Below, one piece after another: positions 28,175 through 36,873 of a stretch of DNA of 64,000 nucleotides; the stretch's first letter is position 1, and every line of letters starts with the position of its first letter. This DNA is from Candidatus Levyibacteriota bacterium (GTDB taxonomy: Bacteria; Patescibacteriota; Microgenomatia; Levybacterales; UBA12049): assembly GCA_029260905.1 (NCBI GenBank), contig JAJDCH010000003.1:1553-65552 (forward strand), written 5' to 3'. A program made the translations under genes and the position numbers. The notes under the pieces were generated by a model, which had not been told where the DNA came from, searched no databases, and saw nothing but the letters and a program-made list of their open reading frames with translations.

Positions 28175-28863
28175 GAGATACGCTTGTAATCGCAATTGAT
28201 GGACCAGTCGCCTCAGGTAAAGGAACAATAGCAAAAAAACTTTCTGAAAAGATTAATGGGCTACGTATTTACACAGGAGTGATGTATAGATGTGTTGCCT
28301 TAAGGTGTAAGAAAGAAAGAATAGATTTGAAAAATGAAGAAAAAGTGGTTGAAAAATCAGAAAAACTGGATATTGTTTTTGATGACGAAAAGATTTTTTT
28401 GGATGGAGAAGATGTTGCAGATAAAATAAAAGAGTCAGATATTGCAGAGGGGGCTGCGATAGTAGCTAAATACAAAGGTGTTCGAGAGGGCTTGGTTTCT
28501 AAGCAAAAAGAAATGGTAAGAGATTTGTCAGCAAGGGGTAGTAATGTTGTGCTGGAGGGAAGAGATACAGGAACAGTTATTTTTCCAGATGCAGATCTTA
28601 AAATTTTTTTAACAGCAGATAAAGAAATAAGAGCAAAAAGAAGACTTGAGCAATATGAAAGTCAAGGGAGACATACAGACCTAGGTGCGGTATTAAAAGA
28701 AATAAATGATAGAGATTTGATGGATAGCACTAGGCTTGTTAGTCCACTCTCTGAGAATCCGGAGAAGGATGGATATTTTATACTTGATAATTCAGGTCTT
28801 GATGAAGAGGAGACAGTTGGAGTTATTATGGATGAGCTGAAAAGGAGAAATTTAAATGATTAA
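28171..28863 (+). CDS. cmk: Cytidylate kinase
   Basis: IAIDGPVASGKGT, TGVMYR, EGRDTGTVIFPDADLKIFLTA. Confidence 0.95.
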   Translation: MRDTLVIAIDGPVASGKGTIAKKLSEKINGLRIYTGVMYRCVALRCKKERIDLKNEEKVVEKSEKLDIVFDDEKIFLDGEDVADKIKESDIAEGAAIVAKYKGVREGLVSKQKEMVRDLSARGSNVVLEGRDTGTVIFPDADLKIFLTADKEIRAKRRLEQYESQGRHTDLGAVLKEINDRDLMDSTRLVSPLSENPEKDGYFILDNSGLDEEETVGVIMDELKRRNLND

Positions 28864-29629
28864 TATAAAAACAGAAAAAGAGATAAAGTACATGAAAAAA
28901 GGCGGGCATATTCTGCATGAGGTCTTGATGGAAGTGATGAGGGCGATAAAGCCAGGGGTTACTGAGCTTGAGATTGACAAATTGGCAGAAAAGCTAATCA
29001 GAGAAAAAGGCGGAGAGCCTGGGTTTAAAAAAGTAAAAGGATATGATTATTCTGTCTGCATGTCAACCAATGATGTGGTTGTTCATGGGATTCCTGGAAA
29101 TTATGTATTTAAAGAGGGTGATGTAGTTGGTGTTGATTGCGGAGTTTTTTATGAAGGGTTGCACACGGATATGGCGGAGACGATCATTGTTCCAGCGCAA
29201 AAAGCAAAAAGCAAAAAGCAAAAAGATAATATCGATAAGTTTTTGGCAGTTGGGAGTGAGGCACTTGATGCAGGAATTGCAGAGGCTGTTATTGGTAAGA
29301 GAATAGGTCACATTGGCCGAACGATTCAGGATATTGTTGAGAAACAAAACGGATATTCGATTGTCAGGAGTCTTATCGGGCATGGTGTGGGACATGAGCT
29401 TCACGAAGAGCCTGAAGTTCCTGGCTATCTGATAGGAAGGGTTGAAGACACGCCAAAAATACGAGAAGGAATGACAATAGCAGTAGAGGTAATTTATAAT
29501 ATGGGTAAAAAAAGTGTGAGTCTTGATAAAGATGGATGGACTATCAGAACATCAGATGGCACACTAGCAGGTCTTTTTGAGAGAAGTATTTTGATAACAA
29601 AAGAGGGTCCTATTTTGCTCACAGTTTGA
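28856..29629 (+). CDS. map: Methionine aminopeptidase type I
   Basis: VVVHGIP, DCG...HTD, GHGVGHELHEEP, FERSI. Confidence 0.95.
   Translation: MINIKTEKEIKYMKKGGHILHEVLMEVMRAIKPGVTELEIDKLAEKLIREKGGEPGFKKVKGYDYSVCMSTNDVVVHGIPGNYVFKEGDVVGVDCGVFYEGLHTDMAETIIVPAQKAKSKKQKDNIDKFLAVGSEALDAGIAEAVIGKRIGHIGRTIQDIVEKQNGYSIVRSLIGHGVGHELHEEPEVPGYLIGRVEDTPKIREGMTIAVEVIYNMGKKSVSLDKDGWTIRTSDGTLAGLFERSILITKEGPILLTV
29197..29224 (+). repeat. (GCAAAAA)x4 heptamer tract inside map
   Basis: Four perfect units, encoding QKAKSKKQK. Confidence 0.85.
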
Positions 29630-29666
29630 TATTGCTCTTTTGAGGCTGGTTTGGTATAATGCTTGA

Positions 29667-29885
29667 ATGGCTCATCAGGGCTCGTTTGAAATTGATGGAA
29701 AAGTACTTGAAGCTCTGCCCAACACGCTGTTCAGAGTAGAACTTGATGATGGAAATATCGTCCTTTGTCATTTGTCTGGTAAGATGCGGATTCACTTTAT
29801 TAAGATCTTGCCTGGCGATCGGGTTAAGATCGAGATGACTCCTTATGATCAAAGCAAAGGTAGAATAATGTTTAGATATAAATAA
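29667..29885 (+). CDS. infA: Translation initiation factor IF-1
   Basis: [36 protein letters not shown] lies 6 nt upstream. Confidence 0.98.
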   Translation: MAHQGSFEIDGKVLEALPNTLFRVELDDGNIVLCHLSGKMRIHFIKILPGDRVKIEMTPYDQSKGRIMFRYK

Positions 29886-29887
29886 TT

Positions 29888-30001
29888 ATGAAAGTTCAGG
29901 CAAGTGTTAAGAAAAGATGTAAAAAATGCAAACTCATAAAAAGAAGAGGAGTTTTGTATGTTACTTGTGAGAATGCAAGACATAAGCAGAGACAAGGATA
30001 A
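29888..30001 (+). CDS. rpmJ: 50S ribosomal protein L36
   Basis: Below the ORF-track cutoff; read manually as [37 protein letters not shown]. Confidence 0.97.
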   Translation: MKVQASVKKRCKKCKLIKRRGVLYVTCENARHKQRQG

Positions 30002-30004
30002 TTT

Positions 30005-30400
30005 ATGAGAATTTTAGGAGTAAATTTACCAGAAGAAAAAAGAATTGATATAGCAATTACTTACATTTATGGAGTAGGAAGAAGTACGGCAGGCCCTATC
30101 CTTAAAAGAGCAGAAGTTGATGCAGCAACACGTGCAAAAAATCTGACCGAAGATGAGGTAAAAAGAATTATAAAAATTCTTGAAGAACAAAAGCTTGAGG
30201 GGGATCTAAGAGCAGAAATAAACGGAAACATCAGAAGACTCAAAGACATGAATGCATATAGAGGAATAAGGCACAATCGGGGTCTTCCAGGAAGGGGTCA
30301 GAGAACAAGATCAAATGCTAGAACAAAAAGAGGAAAAAGAGTTACAATTGGTGCGATAAAAAAAGAGGTAGCAGCAAAGATGGAGGCAGCAAAGAAATAA
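30005..30400 (+). CDS. rpsM: 30S ribosomal protein S13
   Basis: RILGVNLP, IYGVG, YRGIRH, RGQRTRSNART. Confidence 0.98.
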   Translation: MRILGVNLPEEKRIDIAITYIYGVGRSTAGPILKRAEVDAATRAKNLTEDEVKRIIKILEEQKLEGDLRAEINGNIRRLKDMNAYRGIRHNRGLPGRGQRTRSNARTKRGKRVTIGAIKKEVAAKMEAAKK

Positions 30401-30401
30401 T

Positions 30402-30803
30402 ATGGCAAAAGTAGCTAAAAAATCAGCAAAACAAAAGAAAAAGTCACTCGAAAACGTAACAGAACACGGTCGTGTTTATGTGACATCGACTTTTAATAAC
30501 ACTTTGGTAACAGTTACCAATGATAAAGGCGATGCGCTTGGTTGGAGTAGTGCAGGACATAAGGGATTTAAGGGAACCCGAAAGTCAACTCCATATGCTG
30601 CATCCATTGCGGTTGAGGATACAGTCAGAAGAATAATTGAAAAAGGACTCAAATCAGCCGATGTTTTTATAAAAGGTCCAGGAAACGGACGGGAATCATC
30701 GTTAAGAGGTATAAAAGCAGCGGGGCTTACAATAAATTCTATTTCAGACATAACGCCTATGCCTCATAATGGGCCAAGGGCGAAGAACAAAAGAAGAGTT
30801 TAA
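30402..30803 (+). CDS. rpsK: 30S ribosomal protein S11
   Basis: STFNNT, GFKGTRKSTPYAA, DITPMPHNG. Confidence 0.98.
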   Translation: MAKVAKKSAKQKKKSLENVTEHGRVYVTSTFNNTLVTVTNDKGDALGWSSAGHKGFKGTRKSTPYAASIAVEDTVRRIIEKGLKSADVFIKGPGNGRESSLRGIKAAGLTINSISDITPMPHNGPRAKNKRRV

Positions 30804-30806
30804 TTT

Positions 30807-31409
30807 ATGGGAAGATACACAGGACCAAAACACAAATTAGCAAGAAGGGAAGGAATAAATGTTCTCGAGAAGACATCAAATTCTTTGATGAGAAGACTCA
30901 ATACCCCTCCTGGTGTTCATGGAGCAAAAAGAAAAAGAAGACCATCAGAGTTTGGTCTTCAGCTAAGAGAAAAGCAAAAAGCAAAGGCAATTTATGGTCT
31001 TTATGAGAAGCAAATGAAAAAACTTATTCAGGCTGTTTCTCTTCAAAAAGGAGATACAGAAGAGCTCTTTCTATCAAGGCTTGAAACCAGACTTGATAAT
31101 GTTGTTTATAGACTTGGTCTTGCTAAGTCAAGAATGATGGCTCGTCAAGCTGTTTCACACGGGCATGTTATTGTTAACGGTAAAAGAATGAGCATACCCT
31201 CGTATGAGGTAAAGGTAGGAGATGTTATAACGATTGATGATAAGATGCAGAAAAATCCAGACATCATGAAACTTTTTGAGGAGAAAAATGAGATAAGTGA
31301 TTTTCTTGAAAAAAAAGGTCCTGTTGGAAAGTTAAAAAGGCTTCCTACAGCTACGGATATTAATCCTCCTTTCTCAACAAAACAGATCATTGAATATTAT
31401 TCAAGATAG
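30807..31409 (+). CDS. rpsD: 30S ribosomal protein S4
   Basis: MGRYTGP, QLREKQK, LETRLDNVVYRLG, IIEYYSR. Confidence 0.98.
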   Translation: MGRYTGPKHKLARREGINVLEKTSNSLMRRLNTPPGVHGAKRKRRPSEFGLQLREKQKAKAIYGLYEKQMKKLIQAVSLQKGDTEELFLSRLETRLDNVVYRLGLAKSRMMARQAVSHGHVIVNGKRMSIPSYEVKVGDVITIDDKMQKNPDIMKLFEEKNEISDFLEKKGPVGKLKRLPTATDINPPFSTKQIIEYYSR

Positions 31410-31426
31410 TGGTACAATAGGAACTT

Positions 31427-32353
31427 ATGGATGAGCTAAACTTTAAAGTTAAAGAAATTACAAAAGGAACTGATTATGCAGAATTGGCAATTGAGCCATT
31501 GGAATCAGGATACGGTCATACAATAGGAAACGCGCTTCGTCGCGTGATGTATACATCAATTCCTGGAGCTTCAGTTACGTCAGTAAAGATCACAGGCGCC
31601 AAGCATAAATTCTCTACGCTTCCAGGTCTTAAAGAAAATATAGTTGACCTTCTTCTAAATCTTAAAGAAGTTAATTTCAGATTTATAGGAAAGAAAGACA
31701 GCGAAACAGTTAAGCTTTCAGTAAAAGGATCAGGAAAGATCACAGCAAAAGACATTCAATCAACAGATGCAGTAGAGGTTGTAAATAAAGATCAATATAT
31801 CGGATCGCTTTCAGGAGACAAAGCAAAGCTTGAAATGGAATTGACAATTGAAAAAGGCTATGGTTACGGTCTTTCAGAGGACAGAAAAACAAGCACACTT
31901 GGAGTGATCTCAGCTGACGCAGTTTTTACACCTGTAAGAAGAGTAAACTACACTGTGGTTGCAACCCGTGTTGGTAGGAGAACTGATTTTGATAAGCTTA
32001 TTCTTAAGGTTTGGACAAATGGAACAGTAACTCCGAGAGAGGCGCTTGATGTTGCCGCAAAGATACTTGCCAAGAGCTTTACTCAGATTTATGACCCTAA
32101 AAAAACAGAAGCAGAAGAAGAAAAACCAGCAGAAGCATCACAAATTTCTCAGGATCTTCTCCAAATGACAATTGATGAGTTGGATCTTCCAACAAGAATT
32201 TATAACAGTCTTAGAAACGGTGGAATTGAGACAATAGAGCAGCTTCTTGCAGTACCAAGAAAAGAACTTGTTACCATGAGAAACATGGGCGGTAAATCAA
32301 TCTCAGTTATTGAAGGAAAGTTAAAAGATCGTGGAATAAGTCTAAACGCTTAA
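31427..32353 (+). CDS. rpoA: RNA polymerase subunit alpha
   Basis: IEPLESGYGHTIGNALRR, DAVFTPVRRVNY, alphaCTD IDELDLPTRIYNSL. Confidence 0.98.
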   Translation: MDELNFKVKEITKGTDYAELAIEPLESGYGHTIGNALRRVMYTSIPGASVTSVKITGAKHKFSTLPGLKENIVDLLLNLKEVNFRFIGKKDSETVKLSVKGSGKITAKDIQSTDAVEVVNKDQYIGSLSGDKAKLEMELTIEKGYGYGLSEDRKTSTLGVISADAVFTPVRRVNYTVVATRVGRRTDFDKLILKVWTNGTVTPREALDVAAKILAKSFTQIYDPKKTEAEEEKPAEASQISQDLLQMTIDELDLPTRIYNSLRNGGIETIEQLLAVPRKELVTMRNMGGKSISVIEGKLKDRGISLNA

Positions 32354-32415
32354 GATCTCAAATCTTAGATCTCAAATGTCAAATCTCAGGTTTATGGTTT
32401 GCGTTTTGAGATTTT
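32351..32415. repeat. Heptamer-repeat element (rpoA-rplQ spacer)
   Basis: TAAGATC TCAAATC TTAGATC TCAAATG TCAAATC, followed by a degenerate complementary arm (TTTGCGTTTTGAGATTT). Confidence 0.7.
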
Positions 32416-32427
32416 TTGTTATGTATT

Positions 32428-32991
32428 ATGAAAAAAAGAATATTTGGAAGAAAATTCAAGAGGGATGCCAACGAGCGAAAAGCGCTTTTTAAAAATCTTT
32501 TGACTTCGCTTGTTATTCACGAGCGAATCAGAACTAGTGAAGCAAAGGCAAAGGCTATTAAGTCTTCAGCAGACAAGCTGATAACTAGTGCAAAAAAAGG
32601 AAAAGCTGGAACAAGAGCGCTTGAATCAAAAGTGAATGGAACCGTAGTTCCAAAGCTTATAAATGATTTAGCTCCCAGGTTTGCAAAAAGAAACGGTGGA
32701 TATACGAGAATTGTAAAGGTGGGTAAAAAAAGAGTTGCAGATAATGCATCAATGGCGTTTATTGAATGGACAGAAAAGAAATTGGAATCTAAAGTTGAAG
32801 GTTCAGAATCAAGCAGGGAAATTACAAAAAAGACAGTTAAAACTCCAGCTAAAAAATCAGTAAAGGTTGAAAATAAATCAGCAAAAACCAAAGCAAAGAA
32901 AATACCTGTTGTGAAACCTGCGCCAAAGAAGGAGCAGCCCAAAAAGGATAATCTATTTAAGCAGATTTTTTCAAGACAGAAGAAAGGATAA
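32428..32991 (+). CDS. rplQ: 50S ribosomal protein L17 with Lys-rich C-terminal extension
   Basis: RKALFKNL, IRTSEAKAK, RNGGYTRIVK; start ATG 32428. Confidence 0.96.
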   Translation: MKKRIFGRKFKRDANERKALFKNLLTSLVIHERIRTSEAKAKAIKSSADKLITSAKKGKAGTRALESKVNGTVVPKLINDLAPRFAKRNGGYTRIVKVGKKRVADNASMAFIEWTEKKLESKVEGSESSREITKKTVKTPAKKSVKVENKSAKTKAKKIPVVKPAPKKEQPKKDNLFKQIFSRQKKG

Positions 32992-32994
32992 GCT

Positions 32995-33426
32995 ATGAGT
33001 CAGACACTAACAACACAATCAACAAAAGCAGGGGACATAAAGAGAGAATGGCATTTGGTGGATGTGAAAGATAAGGTACTAGGTCGTATATCAACCGATA
33101 TTGCAAAACTCTTGATGGGTAAGGGTAAGCCTTACTTTGTCCGTAATCTTGATTGTGGAGACTATGTAGTGGTTACAAATGCAAAAAATATTAAAGTAAC
33201 AGGAAATAAAGAAGAGCAGAAGAATTACTATCGTCATTCAGGTTATCCAGGTGGTTTTAGACAAGAAAAATTGGGTGATCTAAGGGAAAGACGTCCTGAG
33301 GAGATAGTGCGTCATGCAGTAAGAGGGATGCTTCCTCAGAATAGGCTAAGAGACAAAATGCTAACAAGGCTAAGGGTTTTTGCAGGCGAAGAACATGAGC
33401 ATGGAGATAAGTTTAAAAATGCATAG
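32995..33426 (+). CDS. rplM: 50S ribosomal protein L13
   Basis: WHLVD...LGR, DCGDYVVV, YRHSGYPGG, GMLP. Confidence 0.98.
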   Translation: MSQTLTTQSTKAGDIKREWHLVDVKDKVLGRISTDIAKLLMGKGKPYFVRNLDCGDYVVVTNAKNIKVTGNKEEQKNYYRHSGYPGGFRQEKLGDLRERRPEEIVRHAVRGMLPQNRLRDKMLTRLRVFAGEEHEHGDKFKNA

Positions 33427-33495
33427 TCACAAGTTATAAGTGACAAGTGCTAAGTCTAAAAACTTATAACTTATAACTTATAACTTATAACTTTT
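33424..33495. repeat. Heptamer-repeat inverted-arm hairpin (rplM-rpsI spacer)
   Basis: TAGTCAC AAGTTAT AAGTGAC AAGTGCT AAGTCTA, then (AACTTAT)x4 AACTTTT; ATAACTT is the reverse complement of AAGTTAT. Confidence 0.82.
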
Positions 33496-33496
33496 T

Positions 33497-33985
33497 ATGG
33501 AAGATCAAAATAAAGAAATAAAACAAACAAATAAAGAAAAATCTTTGAAAAAAGAGTATATTGTGGCTGTTGGAAAAAGAAAAGAAGCTGTTGCAAGGGT
33601 CAGGATTTATAAGACAGTTAAGCCTGATTTGATGTGGGGAGAAACTCCTGTTAAGAAAGGTGAAATTTTGGTCAATGAAAAACCAATTGCTGAGTATTTC
33701 CCAAGTGAAATTGAGAGAAAAAGATATACTGAACCCCTTCGAATTACAAATACTCACCAACTCAATTTGGCGATTACAATCAGGGTATCAGGTGGTGGAA
33801 GAGCTGCTCAGCTTGATGCTGTGATTGCTGGAATTGCAAAGAGTCTAAATGAACTTGACAGAGAAAAACACAGACCAGTTCTTAAGAAAAAAGGATTTCT
33901 CACAAGAGATGCTAGAGTCAGACAGAGAAGAAAAGTAGGTATGGGTGGAAAATCAAGACGCAAGAAACAATCACCAAAGAGGTAG
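33497..33985 (+). CDS. rpsI: 30S ribosomal protein S9
   Basis: GKRKEAVARV, VSGGG, GFLTRDARV, QSPKR; N-terminal extension and an internal insertion. Confidence 0.96.
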   Translation: MEDQNKEIKQTNKEKSLKKEYIVAVGKRKEAVARVRIYKTVKPDLMWGETPVKKGEILVNEKPIAEYFPSEIERKRYTEPLRITNTHQLNLAITIRVSGGGRAAQLDAVIAGIAKSLNELDREKHRPVLKKKGFLTRDARVRQRRKVGMGGKSRRKKQSPKR

Positions 33986-33992
33986 TCTTATA

Positions 33993-34460
33993 TCAAGCAG
34001 CCCGCCGTCCACCAGCACCCATTACTCCAGTTGCGCTCAGAGCTACACCAGTGCCAATTATTACAGGTGCAGCAGCCATTGCGAGGATAAGAGCCAGTAA
34101 TCCTCCTGCGCCTTTCTTGCTCCATGATTTTAGTTGTTCTTTTGTAAGTCCTGATGCATAAGCGATGTCTTCTATTAATTTGTCTCGTTGTATTGCATCG
34201 TCCAGATTGACACCCTTTCCAAATACAGCCTCAGTCATTCCGTCAAGCTTGCTTAGTTCCGGATCGACAAGAAGAATGCCGAGATTACCGGGGTTTTCCT
34301 GAAGTGCATTTTGAAGTGAAGCAATTTTTTTCTCATCAAAGCCTGAATCTTTTATCATTTGATTAAGTCTTTCTTGTGCCTGGTCAGCTTGGGGCTTTAG
34401 GTCTTCAAGGACAGGTCGTATTGAATCCTTCGCAGCAGGTCCCATTGTGTTTGAGGCCAT
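33993..34460 (-). CDS. Hypothetical protein with a Gly/Ala-rich hydrophobic C-terminus
   Basis: 155-aa ORF with a helical N-terminal part and the tail GAGGLLALILAMAAAPVIIGTGVALSATGVMGAGGRRAA. Confidence 0.65.
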   Translation of the reverse strand: MASNTMGPAAKDSIRPVLEDLKPQADQAQERLNQMIKDSGFDEKKIASLQNALQENPGNLGILLVDPELSKLDGMTEAVFGKGVNLDDAIQRDKLIEDIAYASGLTKEQLKSWSKKGAGGLLALILAMAAAPVIIGTGVALSATGVMGAGGRRAA

Positions 34461-34467
34461 ACACGCT

Positions 34468-34658
34468 ATGCTGACGCCAGAACAGCTGGCAGAGATTTTA
34501 GAGGATAGAATGTTTCTTATCCTGTTACAAATGATTTGGATGGAGTATTTGACGAAATTGAAAATCAGTTGACAACAGGAGGACTTAATTCAACTGATTT
34601 TATAAATGCATTTAAAGGAATAGTAGATCATATAAGACGAAAAGGAGTCGGTATATAA
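34468..34658 (+). pseudogene. Possible frameshifted gene remnant (63 aa)
   Basis: MLTPEQLAEILEDR, then one missing base, then NVSYPVTNDLDGVFDEIENQLTTGGLNSTDFINAFKGIVDHIRRKGVGI*. The span is 191 nt, 1 short of 64 codons. Confidence 0.35.
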
Positions 34659-34668
34659 TAAATAAATT

Positions 34669-35052
34669 ATGTTAACTACAAAAGACATTATTAAAATACT
34701 ACCTCTTGATGAGGAGTATAAGAACGAGCTTTTTTTGGGATTTGATGAACTCGAAGAAGATGTGAAGAGCAATCTAACAGACATGCTGTGGGAGGCATAT
34801 ATAACTTATTACAACATGTTGCTTGAAAAAAATATTCAAGAAGGGTTGTTATTGGCGGCAGAGGGCAAAGGTGAACAAAGACTTGATGGAGAATATTATA
34901 AAAAAATGGTTAAAAAAACAGAGGATGAGTTGCAGGCAAATATGACTCAGAAAAGCTCAGCTGTTGATCTGGAAGCAGCCAGAGATGCGATGCAGAAGAT
35001 CGTTGCTGAGATAAATGCGAGTAAAGTTACTCTCAAAAAGCCGAGCAATTAA
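34669..35052 (+). CDS. Hypothetical acidic helical protein
   Basis: 127-aa ORF with typical codon usage; TATAAT upstream. Confidence 0.7.
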   Translation: MLTTKDIIKILPLDEEYKNELFLGFDELEEDVKSNLTDMLWEAYITYYNMLLEKNIQEGLLLAAEGKGEQRLDGEYYKKMVKKTEDELQANMTQKSSAVDLEAARDAMQKIVAEINASKVTLKKPSN

Positions 35053-35679
35053 TTAGATTTCAAATACCTCTCCTGTTTTTGTAGATAGGAATTTGATGTT
35101 TTTTTCTGCAAAGAATTTATCAAGTCTTTTGTAGTATTCCTCCCTGTAGTTATTTCTGAGATGATGATCATGAATTGGGATAATTGTTTTTGGTTTTACC
35201 TCAATTGCTTTTTCAGCAGCTTGAGTTATCATCCATGATGGGCCAAGAAGGGGAAGTGCAAGAACATCAGCTGATCGGTCAAAGCTTATATAATCTCCAG
35301 GATGTGTAAGTCTGCCAAATACTTCAAATATGCTGTTTGGAGGGGATGGATTATCAAAAATATGTTCATGTGTTATTTCTTTTAAACTCACAAATTCATC
35401 TCCGTTATTTTGTGCCTTTATACTTTCTGCTGTCAGAATCTCAACAACTGATTTATTGCTTATTATTTTTGCATCTGGAAATTTGCTTAGCAACTCTTTA
35501 ATAAATGGAATATGCATATGATCTTTATGTTCGTGGGTAATGAGAATATAGTTAAGGTTTTGGAGTTTTTCTATATCCAAAGCCTTTTCTTCAGAGGTAA
35601 AGATTCCTGGATCAATTAGTGCAGTTTTGCCACTTTCTTCAACCAGAATGCAAGAATGAAGATGTTTAGATACTCTCAT
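35053..35679 (-). CDS. MBL-fold metallo-hydrolase (UlaG-like)
   Basis: HSCILVE...LIDPG, ITHEHKDH, HPGD, IPIH. Confidence 0.9.
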   Translation of the reverse strand: MRVSKHLHSCILVEESGKTALIDPGIFTSEEKALDIEKLQNLNYILITHEHKDHMHIPFIKELLSKFPDAKIISNKSVVEILTAESIKAQNNGDEFVSLKEITHEHIFDNPSPPNSIFEVFGRLTHPGDYISFDRSADVLALPLLGPSWMITQAAEKAIEVKPKTIIPIHDHHLRNNYREEYYKRLDKFFAEKNIKFLSTKTGEVFEI

Positions 35680-35748
35680 TAGATTATTATAGCAAATAAA
35701 ACTGTTGCAAACGAAAAAAAATTATGTTTAAATAGGCTATTGCCTTTT

Positions 35749-36873
35749 ATGGATTCAGCCAAATTTACATCAGAATCAGTATGTAGTGGACATCCTGATA
35801 AGATTTGTGATCAGATATCAGATGCCATAGTTGATGCAATCTTGTCAGTTGATCCCGATGGTCATGCAGCAGTAGAAACAATGGCAGCCCATGGTCAGAT
35901 AATCTTAGCAGGAGAGGTTAAGTCAAGAAAAAGAGTTAACTTTGAAAAAATTGCCAGAGATCAGATAAAACGACTTGGTTATACGGATAGCAAATCAGGT
36001 TTCTCCAATAAATCCCCAATGGCTATTTATGTTCACCAGCAATCACCAGAGATAAATATGGGTGTTGCAAGAAAAGGCAACCACAATGGTATAACTGGCG
36101 CAGGTGATCAAGGAATGATGTTTGGTTTTGCTTGCAGTCAGACACCCCAATTTATGCCTCTTCCTATCATAATTGCACATGAGCTGACCAGAAAGATTGA
36201 TAAAGTTCGTGAGTCAAAATCGCTTTCCTATCTAAGACCTGATGGAAAGTCTCAAGTTACAATTGATTATAAAAAGGGTGTTCCCGTTGGGGTTTCATCA
36301 GTTGTCATTGCTGTGCCTCATAAAGAAAACATTACGCTCGATCAGGTAAAGCAAGATGTATACAAAAAGATTGTCACGCCTGTTCTTGCAAAATATGGAT
36401 TTAAAATATCAGCAAAAGATTTAATTGTTAACGGAACAGGAGTCTGGCACAATGGTGGTCCGTCAGCTGACTCGGGACTAACTGGACGGAAAATAGTTGT
36501 TGATACATATGGAGGTTATGCGAGAGTTGGTGGTGGAGCATTTAGTGGAAAAGATCCCACTAAAGTTGATAGGTCTGGCGCTTATGCAGCTCGTTTTTTA
36601 GCCAAAAATATAGTAGCCAATAAATTGGCAGAGAAAGCTGAAGTAAGATTGGCCTATTTCATCGGAGCGCTTAAGCCTCTAATGCAGGAGGTTGAGACAT
36701 TTGGAACAGCTAAAAAGTCACAAAAAGTTATTGATGATTTTGCATCAAGCCTTCTCGACACCTCAGTTGATGGAATAATAAAAGGCTTGAATCTTAAGCG
36801 ACCAATTTATTTGGAAACAGCAGCTTATGGACATTTTGGAAGAAATGGTTTCCCCTGGGAGAAGATTGTCTAA
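35749..36873 (+). CDS. metK: S-adenosylmethionine synthetase
   Basis: FTSESVCSGHPDKICDQISD, GAGDQG, GLTGRKIVVDTYGG, GGGAFSGKDPTKVDRS. Confidence 0.98.
   Translation: MDSAKFTSESVCSGHPDKICDQISDAIVDAILSVDPDGHAAVETMAAHGQIILAGEVKSRKRVNFEKIARDQIKRLGYTDSKSGFSNKSPMAIYVHQQSPEINMGVARKGNHNGITGAGDQGMMFGFACSQTPQFMPLPIIIAHELTRKIDKVRESKSLSYLRPDGKSQVTIDYKKGVPVGVSSVVIAVPHKENITLDQVKQDVYKKIVTPVLAKYGFKISAKDLIVNGTGVWHNGGPSADSGLTGRKIVVDTYGGYARVGGGAFSGKDPTKVDRSGAYAARFLAKNIVANKLAEKAEVRLAYFIGALKPLMQEVETFGTAKKSQKVIDDFASSLLDTSVDGIIKGLNLKRPIYLETAAYGHFGRNGFPWEKIV

Noticed and set aside
35680-35748. SAM/SAH riboswitch upstream of metK or of the adenosine kinase-ahcY operon
   Set aside because: Leaders are very short (about 60-70 nt shared with promoters, or leaderless) and lack recognisable aptamer motifs.
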